Shown here: piece after piece, positions 42,201 through 55,700 of the stretch
Layout of the letters: each line of letters begins with the position of its first letter
Position numbering within the stretch: position 1 is the first letter of the stretch
NCBI RefSeq assembly: GCF_000150275.1
Contig: NW_002060981.1
Location: forward strand, 62,001-126,000
Length of the DNA stretch: 64,000 nt
Direction of reading: 5' to 3'
Source of the DNA: Trichoplax adhaerens
Taxonomy: Eukaryota > Animalia > Placozoa
Translations under genes and position numbers: made by a program
The notes under the pieces: model-generated
Database searches by the model: none
The model's input: the letters and a program-made list of their open reading frames with translations, nothing else
What the model was told of the DNA's origin: nothing

Positions 42201-44405
42201 AAAATTAGTACATTTTAATTTCAATAAACGACAAGATTTAGTTGTCTGGTATTACGATTTTTTATTCCTAATTGATCTACCTTGAAACGCCTAATAATCC
42301 GGATAGCATCAAAACTTTAGGCTCTAGAGTTCTAATTTCAATACAAAGTTCTTCTACTCAGCTACTATAATTTTTCTCTTCATTCAACTAACGTTTTAAT
42401 TCGATCAGATTTCGTTGTTTTAAATGCTATATAGAATAAGACATTACTTATGGCTCTAATAACAACCTTAATTATTATACTTTTATCCGTGTAAGTGTAT
42501 TTGAAATATTAGCTAAGTTTTAGGAATATAGGTGATTTACGTACACAATATTTGTCCACCTCCACTAATGAATACCTTTATACCTGACCGCAAATTTTAT
42601 GCTCGTTTCATCATTACTACAATATATTTATGATTCAAACACTAAGCCATGTGATTACTCTATCATAATGTACTTAAAAATAAAAACTCGTTTAATTGAT
42701 CAATACCGATGCAAGTATGTGACGATAACGAACTAAAAGCATAAAACTTATTAATTAATTAAGTTATTGAAGTATATAACAAGGATTGTTCATGAATAAA
42801 AAGTGAAGTATCCGATTGGATGAATAGTACAGTAATAAACTGTGTAAATAGAGCAAAAAGAAATCCAACGGTACATTAGCATAGTATACACATTGATCAC
42901 GAATTGTTTGTAGGTTGAAAGGTAGAGCAGTACCAATTATATCAGTACATAGACTAATGTTTGAGGAGCGATTCTACTTAATATTATGTGGCGAGGTATT
43001 TTTACTGGATCAGTAAAGGTATAGTATCCCCATTTTATAATATCTACTTGTGGCACAACCTCGGTCATGACAAAGAAGTAAAGATATTTTCAAATTAAAT
43101 TATGAGTTATCATCTACACTCTTGCCGCTATATTTTCCAAGTTAATGAAAATACAGTTAGATTTAATTTATTCCGGTAAAAATTTGAAGCTAAATGTTCA
43201 TCGAATTAAGGATTATACCCCTCTATGATATTTAACCAATCATTTATTATGTGATATTTAACTAATATAACGTGAGTTATGATGTTTTTAATTTGCGTAA
43301 ATGACTATGAACTTAGTACCGCTTAAAGTCTTTGAAGACCGTATGCGAATGTACCAATTTGAGTTAGGAGGTTAAGACAGAGAATTGAAATGAAGAGATA
43401 GTCCATTTTTGCTACTTCGAACTGAATGAGTTCAGATTAGTGATTAATTATGAGTATTTCTTGCAAAAATTACTTATCAATCCTACTTGCGCTATACTCA
43501 AGATTAAAAAGAATGGATTTTTTTCTTAATTTTTTTATCGCTCTAATTGAGGGAAAGTCTCTTTTGCGAAATATTATTTCTTCCTAATTATACAGTACTA
43601 ATTATGACATCTTAATACTGAATTTGATTGCAAAGTGACAACATACTGTATAAAATGTAGAAATGACCTCAAATTTTTAAAGTAATTTTATTTTATTGAT
43701 AATACGTTCCCGCATTTTAAAATTTTAATTGAACAGAAATCATTTTTGAATATCAATTCAAAACCGCAAATTAATCGTTTAAATATTAGTAATTATTCTA
43801 TTTTATCGCCTCGGCATAGCAACATCGTGAGATAAAAATGTCGGCTGCGATATTAAGTTTAAAATTTTGCTTCTTGCTTCATTACTTAAAGCCTTAAATA
43901 ACATAGGCTACGTGAAAAGAATAGAATCAGATAAAAAATTTCATCTTCGCTTTTACTTATAAATACTACTTAAATTCTGATACAGTCGGATATAAATGAA
44001 ATATTAAATTATTTTAGTATATAATATTCTAACTGAATATCTATTTTACCTTCTATCTCAATATCATTTATTTCCATTTAAAGTACCCTAACCACAATGG
44101 AAACCAAGTAGATTCATTAATATATTATTAAAATACTTTAATCGATAAACTATTCGATAAAATGATAAAACAAATAATTTTTCTTTAAACGTATCGCTTT
44201 GAATATAGAATTCGCATATGAAAGGATTATTATACTAGAGAACGTAGTCAATTATTTAAACGTCGATAAAAATTTTAATAATTTGATACAATTACTTCAC
44301 TTAATTACTTTCTTTGTATAACCACTACTGATGGTCATAAACTTAAATAATAGCAGATAATCGTGTAAAATTAGACATAAACCGCTAGCACATCTTTTTT
44401 AATAT

Positions 44406-45242
44406 TTATGCTAAGTTAGTATCCTCCATTTCACTACTTGATGGGCATGGAGAAGTAGTGATAAAGAAGGCTATCTCATATGCGCTGCTAGGCTCTGCAA
44501 ACTTCTCCTTAAATTCGTCTGCAATCCAGGAGACTTGGTATTTAAATTCGACTGTGGTCCTCGGGCTACTGATGGTCAAATTTTTAATTTCTTCTTTTGA
44601 GCATCCTCGAAAGTCACAGGTTTCATAAGTTCTAGTCTCTGGCTTACCAGGTGTAAGTTCTAACTGATTAACCTCTAGGATTGGAGGTGGCACGATCTTG
44701 GTTACAGTTCTTGGACTGCAGTTACTTTTTGTCTGTGCTTCTCTCTTGTGTCGGATGTGCTCTTCTGCAGCGATTTTGGACCGGTGATTTTCTGCAATGA
44801 ATTTATTGTCAGAATCTCCAAGGCTGTTTTTTTGAAGGGGTTGCTGTGATGGCCGACCGCTGGCTATTGGCACTGTAACCATAATAGCAATGGTAACATA
44901 GATGAATAAGAATGCACTGGTTGAAGTTTGGTCAATCTAAATTTTAGGATCAAAATAATATATTTTGTAAAACATTAATAATTAATTAATATAATCAACC
45001 TGTAAATTGAATAAAAGAAAGAGCAATCTTTGACTGTTAATGCAAATAATTTCTGCTTCCAATTACTATTATTTATGCGTCAGAGAGTTACAGCGAACAA
45101 TAACCCTATTTTCGCTAATGAATATGCTGCGTATTAGTTATCTACGAAAATCGATAATTAAATAGGACTAGAGGAAATCTATAGAGTAAACTAGGACATG
45201 GAATAACCTTATACAATTAACTAATAGATTACACCTTACCAT
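44406..45242 (-). CDS. Secreted prepropeptide, divergent cystine-knot-like family, member A (4 Cys)
   Basis: ATG-only exon 45242-45240 (ATG|GTAAG) joins in frame to exon 44936-44406. Signal peptide SAFLFIYVTIAIMVTVPIASG, furin site RHKR, mature region homologous to the 63.6-kb ORF. TATA-like TATAAGTA at about 45338-45345. Confidence 0.8.
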
Positions 45243-48108
45243 CTTCTTAAACGGAAGTTGCTGTAGGATTTTCTAAATCAAGTCCAAATCTTAAAGATCG
45301 AATAGCTTGTGAATAATGAAGTTCAAAGTGAGTGCGGTACTTATAGATTTCAGTAGTGCAAACTAGGGGATATATTTCCATTTTTTGATTAGTTTTTCCC
45401 AATTTTTGTCATACGAATTCTGCCTTCAAGATGTTTAATTACCTTTAGTCAAAGTAATATCAATAATGTAAATATTAAATTTACTATAAAAATGTGTGCG
45501 TGGCAGGAAAAATAAATAAACAATTTCGTTAGCCTGCCTCCATATCATGGATAGGAATTAGTGGTCGGAATTTGACCGTAATACAATTTTGCCTCTCCAC
45601 TACTCTATACTAATCAATTAATTGATAGTATGCAACATAGTAGCCTATGTGGCCGAAATGATTCATAGTTCCAGGGAATTTAAGGTAAGGAATTTCGATA
45701 AATCTAAACTTAATCAAACTGAATATTTGCTACTGATATCAGTCAATGGCTGCTGCGGAAAGGAGCAGCAATAAACGAAGCAACAATAGGTAAACTATAA
45801 CTACTATAGATAATTTAATTTATTTAGTAGGTTAATTCGAAAGTCACATGTAAATGATCCTATTTCTGTACTATTTCCAATTAAATTGACATATCGAAAA
45901 CGAAGACTGTCTTATTTTATATACAAACTAATTTTATCTTGTAGCGTAAAGTTGCAATCAATCATTTTGTATATTATTGAACAATTATGAGATATGCTTT
46001 GACTCTAAGAATATTTTGAGCAATCTACTTAGCAATTAAATTCATCATCTATTTCTAGTAATCAGTTAGAAAACATTCTGTTACTAAATTCTTTCTCGGA
46101 GAGATTGTCGTATATGTGTTAAATATTAAAATGATACAATTAGTGGAAAAACTGTCATGTCGAATTTAAGAAGGCTGACGATATGCTAGTAGTAGAACAG
46201 CACAAGTATTACGTAGTCTTCTATCAACACCATTTTAGAGTTGCAGTATCTGTTTGATCACTAATTGCTATTCGAAAATGGTTGTATGTAAATATATTTA
46301 TCTATTTTTATACGTATACTAATCCTTGTCTACTTTGCGATCAACTAATTCACTTTAACTTGTGAATAATCCAATTAATCATTACTAACCATGACTGCAA
46401 TTTTCTTAATTTGTTAAAAGAAAATATTTACCTATCGTCTTAGTGGTCCACTTTGAAGTTATATGAATTAGCTAATTTTAGAGAATTCATGGCAGTCCTG
46501 TATGATTAACAGAATAAAAAACTTCTATATTTAAGTTTAATATATTTATAGTAGTCATGGGCTATACTGCTGGAATTAAACAACAGTGATGAATGGTGGG
46601 GAAATCAATCGATCGGTGCGGAATTATAATATTTTTGTTTTCCGTCCATATATTGTTTGGACAGGTACCTGCGAACGATGACATCATTGTATAAATTTTC
46701 TCTCTTAAATTTACCAGTTGATTAAATAAATGCCGTAACCTCACTAAATAGTTATTTTTAAAGATTGCAATTAATAAGAATAGGAAATGTAGTCATCCAT
46801 ATGAACTGGCGGAGAATGTTTCATTGCATTTCATAATTCGGCCTTTAACACTTTAATTTCTATTTCGTCCTATTATAGCATTATGGAGATAGCGTAAACA
46901 ATGGATTTATTTTGGGCTAGTTAATGTAAATTTCCGTGCTTGTACTTCTAGGAAAAATCAAATATTAATGGGTTTGATAAAATCCATTACCCCGTCTTTC
47001 CGTAAGGGTATTACATATTAAAATAAGACCTAAATATACATTTATCACTTGGTACTGTTGGACAAGCCAATTTTATGCAATGAAGTAAAATTTTAGAAGA
47101 AATTTTAGTTATTACTAGCCCATTTTGTATTTCACGATAAAAATTAGACAACGAGGTAACTTTAGATCAAGTTTAATTGACACCCTCTTGCATGGCTATA
47201 ACGTTAAAAAGTAATTATGGAACGCAGTACAGGCAATGTAAACGGTATACTGTAGTCACACCTTCTTCGATTGCTTCGAGTATTGCCATTTCTATATAAA
47301 TCTTTACTATTGTGCTGCAAATAGACTTTAAAGGTTTGGATATCGCTTAGTAAGCTATTAGGTCCATTAATGCAGCGTTACAAAATCTTGCTCTATAGCA
47401 TTGCTTTTCAGCACAATAAAAGAGATACTACGATGTGATAGTAAGGCTGCAACTTCGATCATTTTATTCTTTATTCCTTTAAAATTTATTATCGGTGTAT
47501 AGTTTATGTATTGCATTAGGATAATTATTTTCATTACTATTACTCACACTAATATGAAAAGAAAAATCTCCTAAGAGTTAATTTCCTTTCCAAGCTTATT
47601 TGGGTTACAATCATGTCAGTGACTATCACAGTGAATTATAATTTTACTTAGTACGTTAGTATTTTAATTCTGGATTTGATAGTATGTTACTTTGTTATCT
47701 TCATAGTACGAAAGTTCTATTCAAATTACTTGATTGACTAAACTTCGTTTTCCAGGAAATTTATTTTTAAAATAAATTGATATTTATAGTATACATATAT
47801 AGTCTGTAGTTAGAGAAGAAAATCTATTATCTACGTCGATGCTAAAAAGAATATAGCTGCACTACTTTGAATTAGATTAATTTTACTCGTTTTATATACC
47901 GTATACTTTACTTCATTATATATTTATAGCCTATATGCTAATTACCATTTTTATCCCCAAAATTACAAGTGTTTATAGCGTAATAGATCTTTCTCATTAA
48001 ATATCGTTGCTTTCGTCTATAATACCATTGCAAGAACGTCATCAGTTGTTTTCTTTCTGCATATTATATCATTTCCAATTCTTCACACTAGATTACAGTA
48101 AATAAAGA

Positions 48109-51100
48109 TCAATGTATTCCCAGAAGACCCATTGTAAATAATGCTAGACCTATCGATAATAAAGTATATAAAGATAGTCCAGCTGCTCCGTTGACTTCAG
48201 TAGAATCCGTTGTTATTGCTGCAGTATTAGGTCCTTGCGTTGACGTTGCATAAGGCAATGTCGTAATGGAGGCTACATGAAATCAATACCAATCAGGTAA
48301 AAAGTTACTCTAAAGAATTTAGGCAGGGGTTAAAGAATTTTCAATTTATACTACCTAAATAATTCTATCCTGAAATTTAATTATTACATCTCGCAGTGAG
48401 TTAAATTTTATGCTAGAGAAAATTTATAGAATAACTAGAAGTGAGCTTTCCATTTGATAATTTACGTGGCGCATGACTATTGGTCAATTTATATTCTCGT
48501 TCGTGTTTCTAACAGGTAATAGAGATTAAAGTAAAACCTATTTTTAGGTTATTTGTGATTTATCTTCTGATGTTTACATAATTAATCTAGCTATACTTGA
48601 ATGAAACAGAATTTAATTTGTCTGCTAGTTTAGGCTAAAGAAAGACTTTCACCTACGTTAGCTTTTCTAGAAGCTTAGAACTAATAGCAATAACCAATGC
48701 TAATAATTAATAGTCAAATGTCAAACAAGATATGAGAGTGAATATGGCAGAGTTGCTTTTTTAACATATATAATTTTCGATCATGTCATTTACACCGTCT
48801 TTAGTTATACTAAACATTATCGTCTTTTAAAGTCAATTCTGATGTAAGAAATAGCTAATTTGCATAAGTAACACCAATAATATGTATATAATTTAATCTA
48901 AAGGTAAAAGGTGTAACATAAATAGCTATTACAAGGGATTTTAAAATTTTACATTCCGGTATAGAAAAAATTTTTTTTTTTTCTTGACATTTAGTGCTAT
49001 CATCATTTAAAACCTACGACAACATTTTGGATAAAGACTGTTGTTCATTCAAGTATAGTAATAATTTAACGCTAAAAGGTTAATATGTTATAAACCAATG
49101 CGATCATAATTATGGTTATTCTACAGCCATAAAATACAACTAACACTACACTAATACAGCAACTAAAATCAATGGTCGTTGATATTCAAGTACCGTAAAT
49201 TTTTTTAGAATCATTAATCTGTATGCACACTGGTATTCATTAGGAGTATAATAAGATTTGATCTAGGACTTTCAACTCAAGTGAACCGATAAGTTTAAAG
49301 AACGGTCTTAGATTTAAAGATAAGAAATTGATTTACTTTCTCTAGTAACTGAATAATTTCACCTTTTAGCGTCGTTGCTTCGTAAAGCTTCACTAACTTT
49401 CATCAATAGCACATTAAAGCAAGAAAAGTAATTTGGAACTATTCCTTTTTAATCCTATTTTTATACTAGAAATTAGGAAATACTTTCGTGTACTGAAATC
49501 TTGATTGACTTTCTTATTGCAACTCGGTAATAGCATACGGACACCACTTCTAGTCCATAGCTAAGTTTAAAATCATAGCTTTGCGCGTACTCCAGGAGGT
49601 AAGAGTAAACTGATGATTTAATAGGGAATTCTAGTAGTATACGTTATGGATGTTACTATCTAAAGCTTAGAAATAACTTTTAAATACTATTTGGTGATAG
49701 AATTAATTTTTGTACTTAACATACTTGTAAGTAGCTGAATATCGAGCGTTTTTTAAAAATCGATTGCCTTGCTCTGAGTTACTGAGTTGTGATTCCTACG
49801 GTTATAGTTATATTCTATCACAATATTATATTACAATCAGTCTGTAGCCTATTTACCTCTGTGGCATAGATAATTCAGCTTACTATCGCAACTCTCAGTC
49901 AGTAATTGCCAATGAGAGAGGAAAAGCGAGACGCATTTTTGAGCCCCTTTTGCTAATTCAGGTAATCGACTCCATCCTGGACTAGCTAGGTCAAATTTTT
50001 GTCCGTTGATCCATTTATATTCGTAGTACTTTCCAGAGTCGCCTTGTGTGGCTTGCATACCGATCCAAGCTAAGGAACCATAATTTTTATATAGCCGTTG
50101 TACTATTTGGGCCATGCTTGAGTCCAAGAGCAGTAATAATGTTCCATTCTCACTAATACAAGAATTGTTGGCTTCATTCCATTCTAGATGGCTGCCATTA
50201 AATAGCTTAAAGCAATCGTTTCTAAGATTATCTTGGTGCATAAGCCAATTATCAGGGCAAGTATGGATTTGTGAACTAGCTATAAAGTGGCAACGGAGTA
50301 TCATATTAGTTTTTATGCCAGCTGTAAATGAATCATCTTCAGTTGAGACGCTTACAATAAAATAATTAAACAGATTTAAATAAAGAAAATAATTTGCAAA
50401 GATTGATTTTAATGGGCTACAATTTATATTGTCCAGCTATGTAACTGATGAACGCATTTTTATATACATGATGCTAGCTGAGTTTTAAGAGCAGTGAAAC
50501 TTAGAGTTCACAAAATGTTCTGTAGCCAGATTTACTCGCAATTGATATAGTTAACATAATGGAACTAAATTACAACGTGGCAAAAAATTGTAGTGTAGGA
50601 AAGTGTGGTAATAATGTTTATTACAAAATTTATGTCTTAATAATAGTTTTTGTTCGATGTATTATAAACTTCTTCTCTTCAATAATAGTATTTATAGACT
50701 AACTCAGCTCTTATTATTGCACAATAAGACAAAAAATTGTAGAGTAGGAAAAGTGTAGTCGCATTGCACATTTTAATAAATGAAATTCCTTTAAGAGATA
50801 CGAAATAGGATATACGATAATCAATAATGCATACTGATATAGCTATGGCAAGCATAACATTAATTTCTATCAAAATAAAGTTATATTTCTCAGTAGTAAC
50901 CTTTAGAGCTAGCAATACGTTCCACTACTTTACAATGTGATAAATGCTATGATATTTGGTAGAGTCTGATGATGTATTTTATTATGGATATAGTAACGAT
51001 CAAATATAAATAGAACTGATTTATCAGACTTGTTAAAGAGACTATTTATCAAAATAATTTTATTAGAATAAAATTATTTCTGTTAAGTAAGAGTATGCAT

Positions 51101-52708
51101 AGCCGAGATAAGATTCTTCTATTTCGCAATAAAAAGTAATGTATATGTATGAAAAGATTTGATTGGTGTATTATTGTAAATTGAACTATTATAATTCGAG
51201 ATTACTTTAGCAGATTAGAATGTAAAATACCTATTATCTGTAAAAAAGTAGAAGTAACTATGGTGCACCCAAAATAATTTCCTTTATGAATTATTCTTGT
51301 TGAACGGTAATTTATGAACTACTTTCTATGATTTAACTATACTGCACAAAACTTATTTTACAGGGAAAATTTTGACATGATTGCTTTACTACAGGCAGGA
51401 TTATATAGACGGAAATGAACTTAAAATAGGATATAGTGGTATCTACTAGTGCGTGATAAAGTACAATGTCATTGTTATTTAGTAAAAATCTTAATAAGAA
51501 AGGAAGCATGCAGATCTACTTGAGTAATAATCGCATGTCGTTTACATGTTATTCAACACTTAATTAAAGTATTTGAATACTCGGATAAGAAAGTAATTTT
51601 CTAATTTTAGATTTTTTAATATGTAAAACTTGCAACGGATTGAACGCCTTTGATTAGTATAAATAACAAGTAACAGTAATACTATCTACTCTTAATTTAA
51701 ATTACACGCAGTATAGTATAAATGAAACCATTTCCTTTACAATTAACCTAATAGTTAGGCTCCCTATCTGAAATGTAACAGTAATATGATAAATTGCAGT
51801 TGTTTGACGTCAATCATATAAGGATTGGCATAATTATAATCTAGTCTGTAATACAAGAGCAATACTAATTATTAGGGACAATAACGTATGGTAATAGTTT
51901 AAATATCTACCTACAATACTAAAAATCAGAAGTAAGGTATAAATTATTTTTGTAATTTGTTTCTATGTAAATTTTGTAGGATCAAAATATAAAGGTTAAG
52001 GCAAGACCGGCAGATACTAAAAAAGTGTGGAAAAATTAACGCAATCGTCTTCAGCTATAATAGCATTAGTATGTTTTGTAATTTTAACTTTTTATAGTTT
52101 TACTTATTTGAATTTAAACAACTGTGCTTTGGAAAGACAAACCACTGCAATAGAAATCCTAACGCATGTTGAAAATTCAGTAAAACTAAGCACTGTATTA
52201 AAAGAAGTCTACGCCGTATGATATAAACAGGCAGATACGAATATTTCAAATTTTCATTCTACTCAATATATTAATCAAGCTCAAATTATAGCGATTATAA
52301 ATTATAATTCGTTAGTAATGCAGCGAACTATGACATTAATATTAATTGAAGAAAATGGATAGGACGCAATCAATACTCTTTTATATGTTTACCCTATTTT
52401 CTTAATTGAAAAACACAAAACTAAAGTTACGGGAGAATCTATTTTGTACAGCTGTATATCTTACTATACAGCACTTATTTTATATTAGATAATTCAAATG
52501 GTTGCATTATATAGAGTTCTTTCTTGTAGTGTTAAATTGTTTTTCTGATTGAATATTAATTAGAACGATTATTCAATATCATAGTGCCTATATAAATTTA
52601 AAATGGTAAATTCTATGTTTATGTAATAATTATGAATATACTATAGACTGACGATATAATACAGCAATACTCACATAATCTTCCAGCCAATGCCGCCAAA
52701 ATCAAGAG
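48109..52708 (-). CDS. GPI-anchored C-type lectin-like domain protein; start exon unresolved
   Basis: Exons 52708-52675 (LLILAALAGRL, signal peptide core), 50279-49857 (CPDNW..CFKLF..WNEANNSC..AWIGM..YKWING..KCV..CDSKLNYLC), 48272-48109 (S/T-rich stalk, N-G-A omega-like site, hydrophobic tail LSLYTLLSIGLALFTMGLLGIH then stop). Phase-consistent. Confidence 0.85.
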
Positions 52709-55700
52709 CTAGATGAAAAGCAGTCATGGAGAACAATAACATATTGTTAGTAAATAAAGTGGTTCACGTAAATAATTAATACAGTATATTCCATTTTGAT
52801 CAAATTTCGATTAGTAGCAATATAGTTTCGATTATTTTAAAAAAATGCTTATGATTCATATCCAAAATAAAGCAATATAAAATTGTTCATCAAATAAGAC
52901 ATTGATTTAAAAAAAAACTAAAAATGATTTACGCAACAAAGGACGAAGGTCTGCTAATATGGTAGATAACGTGCATTTATATCTCGGGTCAACAGTATTT
53001 AGAATAGTACAATACTATCACGAAATTTTCTTAACAATAATTTCTATCGATGTAGCGTTTGTGGCCTTAGACTTGTTTCTAATTTATGAGCATCAACATA
53101 AGTAAGGGAATAGGACGGATGCAATAAAAAGATGATATCAACTTCATAATCCCAGCTAGCAGTTCTTAATATTATTCATCAACACTGTAGTTACGATAAC
53201 GTATTGTTATTATCTTGATGAAGTGAAATTATATTCTTACAGATGATGTTTTCTCACAAATTCCCATCAGTTTTCTATAGACAATCTATGTATGTTGCGA
53301 TCATTATAAACACTATATTGTCGTACTATATTCCATTACTCTTTATGGATCATTTAAATTTCGCAATCAATTATTATTTTTATGGCGTACAATAGTAATA
53401 CTGTAGAAATTGCTGCATTTCAAATTGAAGATGTAGCCTCTGAAAATAAGCCGATATGATACATTAAAACCGAGATATTAAATGTTAATCTAAAGTACTA
53501 ATATCGTAGGGTATGTCATTTAATAGAGAAATTTCGCTATCGATCTCTGCTTGTATTTTTAACAGAGGAGGGCACTAAGATCGACAAAGTACTCGCGATT
53601 CAAATAATATTAACTGTAAGTAATTTAATATTATAGTATTGGAGACTTATTTGTGGCTACTACCATATGGTAATAATTCTTTCTGCTACTAATTTGTTCG
53701 TGACAGCGATATACCAAAGATTAGCTAAGCTTATAGAAAGAGTTATTGTATTGATGTATTAAATTTAAAGGTATACCTATATTGTATTTTGGCTTAGATG
53801 ATGTAAAAATTAATTTACAACTACCATAAATTGATGAAATGTAATGAGTCGCAATAACCAGCGCGATCAATTCCTATTGTAATTATGATTGATGAAAATA
53901 ATATTGAGATAGCTTCATTCCAGTGATAGAACTACCAATATTGAAAATTTCAATTATTACAAAACATGTAAACACATTGGGATCTCATAACATTCTAAAA
54001 CAGCGTTGCTATTCCATACCAATATAACTGATGTCATTTTATACCTATTTCAATAGACTTTGACTTGTGACTATTCTACGACATTGTGCTATAGCTGGTG
54101 ATAATAAGTTAGATGAATTCAATAGCCCTATAATTAATGGCAGATTTGGTCACTTTGAACTATAAGTCTTATCAAGACTTACTTAAGCTTTTGATACGAT
54201 GTATACGTCAAATGATCAATTTAAAATATTTTCTTGTAAGTATTGATTAAATCGTGAAGTAGACATTCAAATAGATAGGGAAGAAAGAGATATAATACTA
54301 AAAGATAGAAGAAGTTCAATATCCGAAAGTTGTGCTTCAGATTTTGTTTGAATATACTGGAATCAGTATAGTGCAGATTGTGTGCTGTGGCTAAGAATAA
54401 CTGTCTGTCTAAAAGAAATATCGACATGTAATCTTAACTCTCATAAACAATAGAAGTTAGAATACAATTATTTTTCTCATAAATTTACTTTCGCCTTAGC
54501 CGCGCCATTTTATTTTAAGGATTTTCAGAAGTTGATTAATCGTATAGACTTATAATTATGGATGTGATCGAATCAAAAATTTTTCATTAACTTTATCTCA
54601 TAACCATGTGTTAAGATTGTACTACGTCCCGTATGAAATATAGATATCTCGCAGTATAGGTTAAAATTTTCAAAACTGAATACATAAAATATAGTATCTA
54701 AGATAAATATATAATTATCATGCTATGGTAGTGTGCTATTGAGAGCAAAGGAAGTATTTAGATTACGCATATACTAAGAATGTTAATCTAATCATATTTG
54801 AGATTTGATACAGGGACAATTGATTAATTACCGCCAATGAGCGAAACGGATCTGTCACAACGAGAACTACTCAGTAACACGAAATATTCATCATAACACC
54901 AAGCAATAAAATATTTAAATGACTTTAAGGTATATGTTAATGCGTCCTCCTTAGCATATTTATGCGTAGTTTCTTTTAAAAGAATATGCTAATTTGATTG
55001 AAGATTATTTATAATCTATAAATTCAACGTAAGCTTCAATATTTAATACGGTAACGCACAATTTTACTCTTATTGACTTAGAGTTTAATTCAAAAAGCTA
55101 TTGCGAAATAGAATCCATCTAAGACAGTATCCACATCACATACATGTCATAAAAAATAGAAAAAAACATTAAGCCTAAGGCAATATACTTCGAACTAAAT
55201 AGCGGCTCTAGTGCATTATACGGATAAGTGATGTTTTATTATTTTTAGGTGGAAGAAGGAATTAAAGTCAGTTTTCTAGTCCAAATTAGATGATTTTTTT
55301 AATGGTTACTATGATATATGTTGTATTGTGAAATATATTCTGTTGCAATCGTAGCTACAGAGTCAATTTCGTTTTGGATTACAGTTCAATCAACGCTATA
55401 AAATTAATTACTAGTATTTGAAAAATACTATCAAAATACGGGCTAATATAGCATAGTCTTCGAATATAGTGTATTATATATATAATTTGGAGGTAGTTTG
55501 AATTATTTTCTGGTAGAATATCAGTTTCTACTATCGTTTTTATTCTCCGTGATAGCATTTTAAATTCTTTTAGTTATAGTTTATGAATTTTAGAATACAA
55601 TTGTTTGCTATCACGAATCAGATACTACCATGTTTTGATAGTGACGCAAGTAATAAGATGAAAATGTAAATATTCATAATATTAACATTTCCCTGGGATA

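Noticed and set aside
54487-54508. ATGGCGCGGCTAAGGCGAAA|GTAAAT as the first exon of the C-type lectin
   Set aside because: The phase-2 end does not fit the phase-0 downstream exons unless an unseen exon intervenes.
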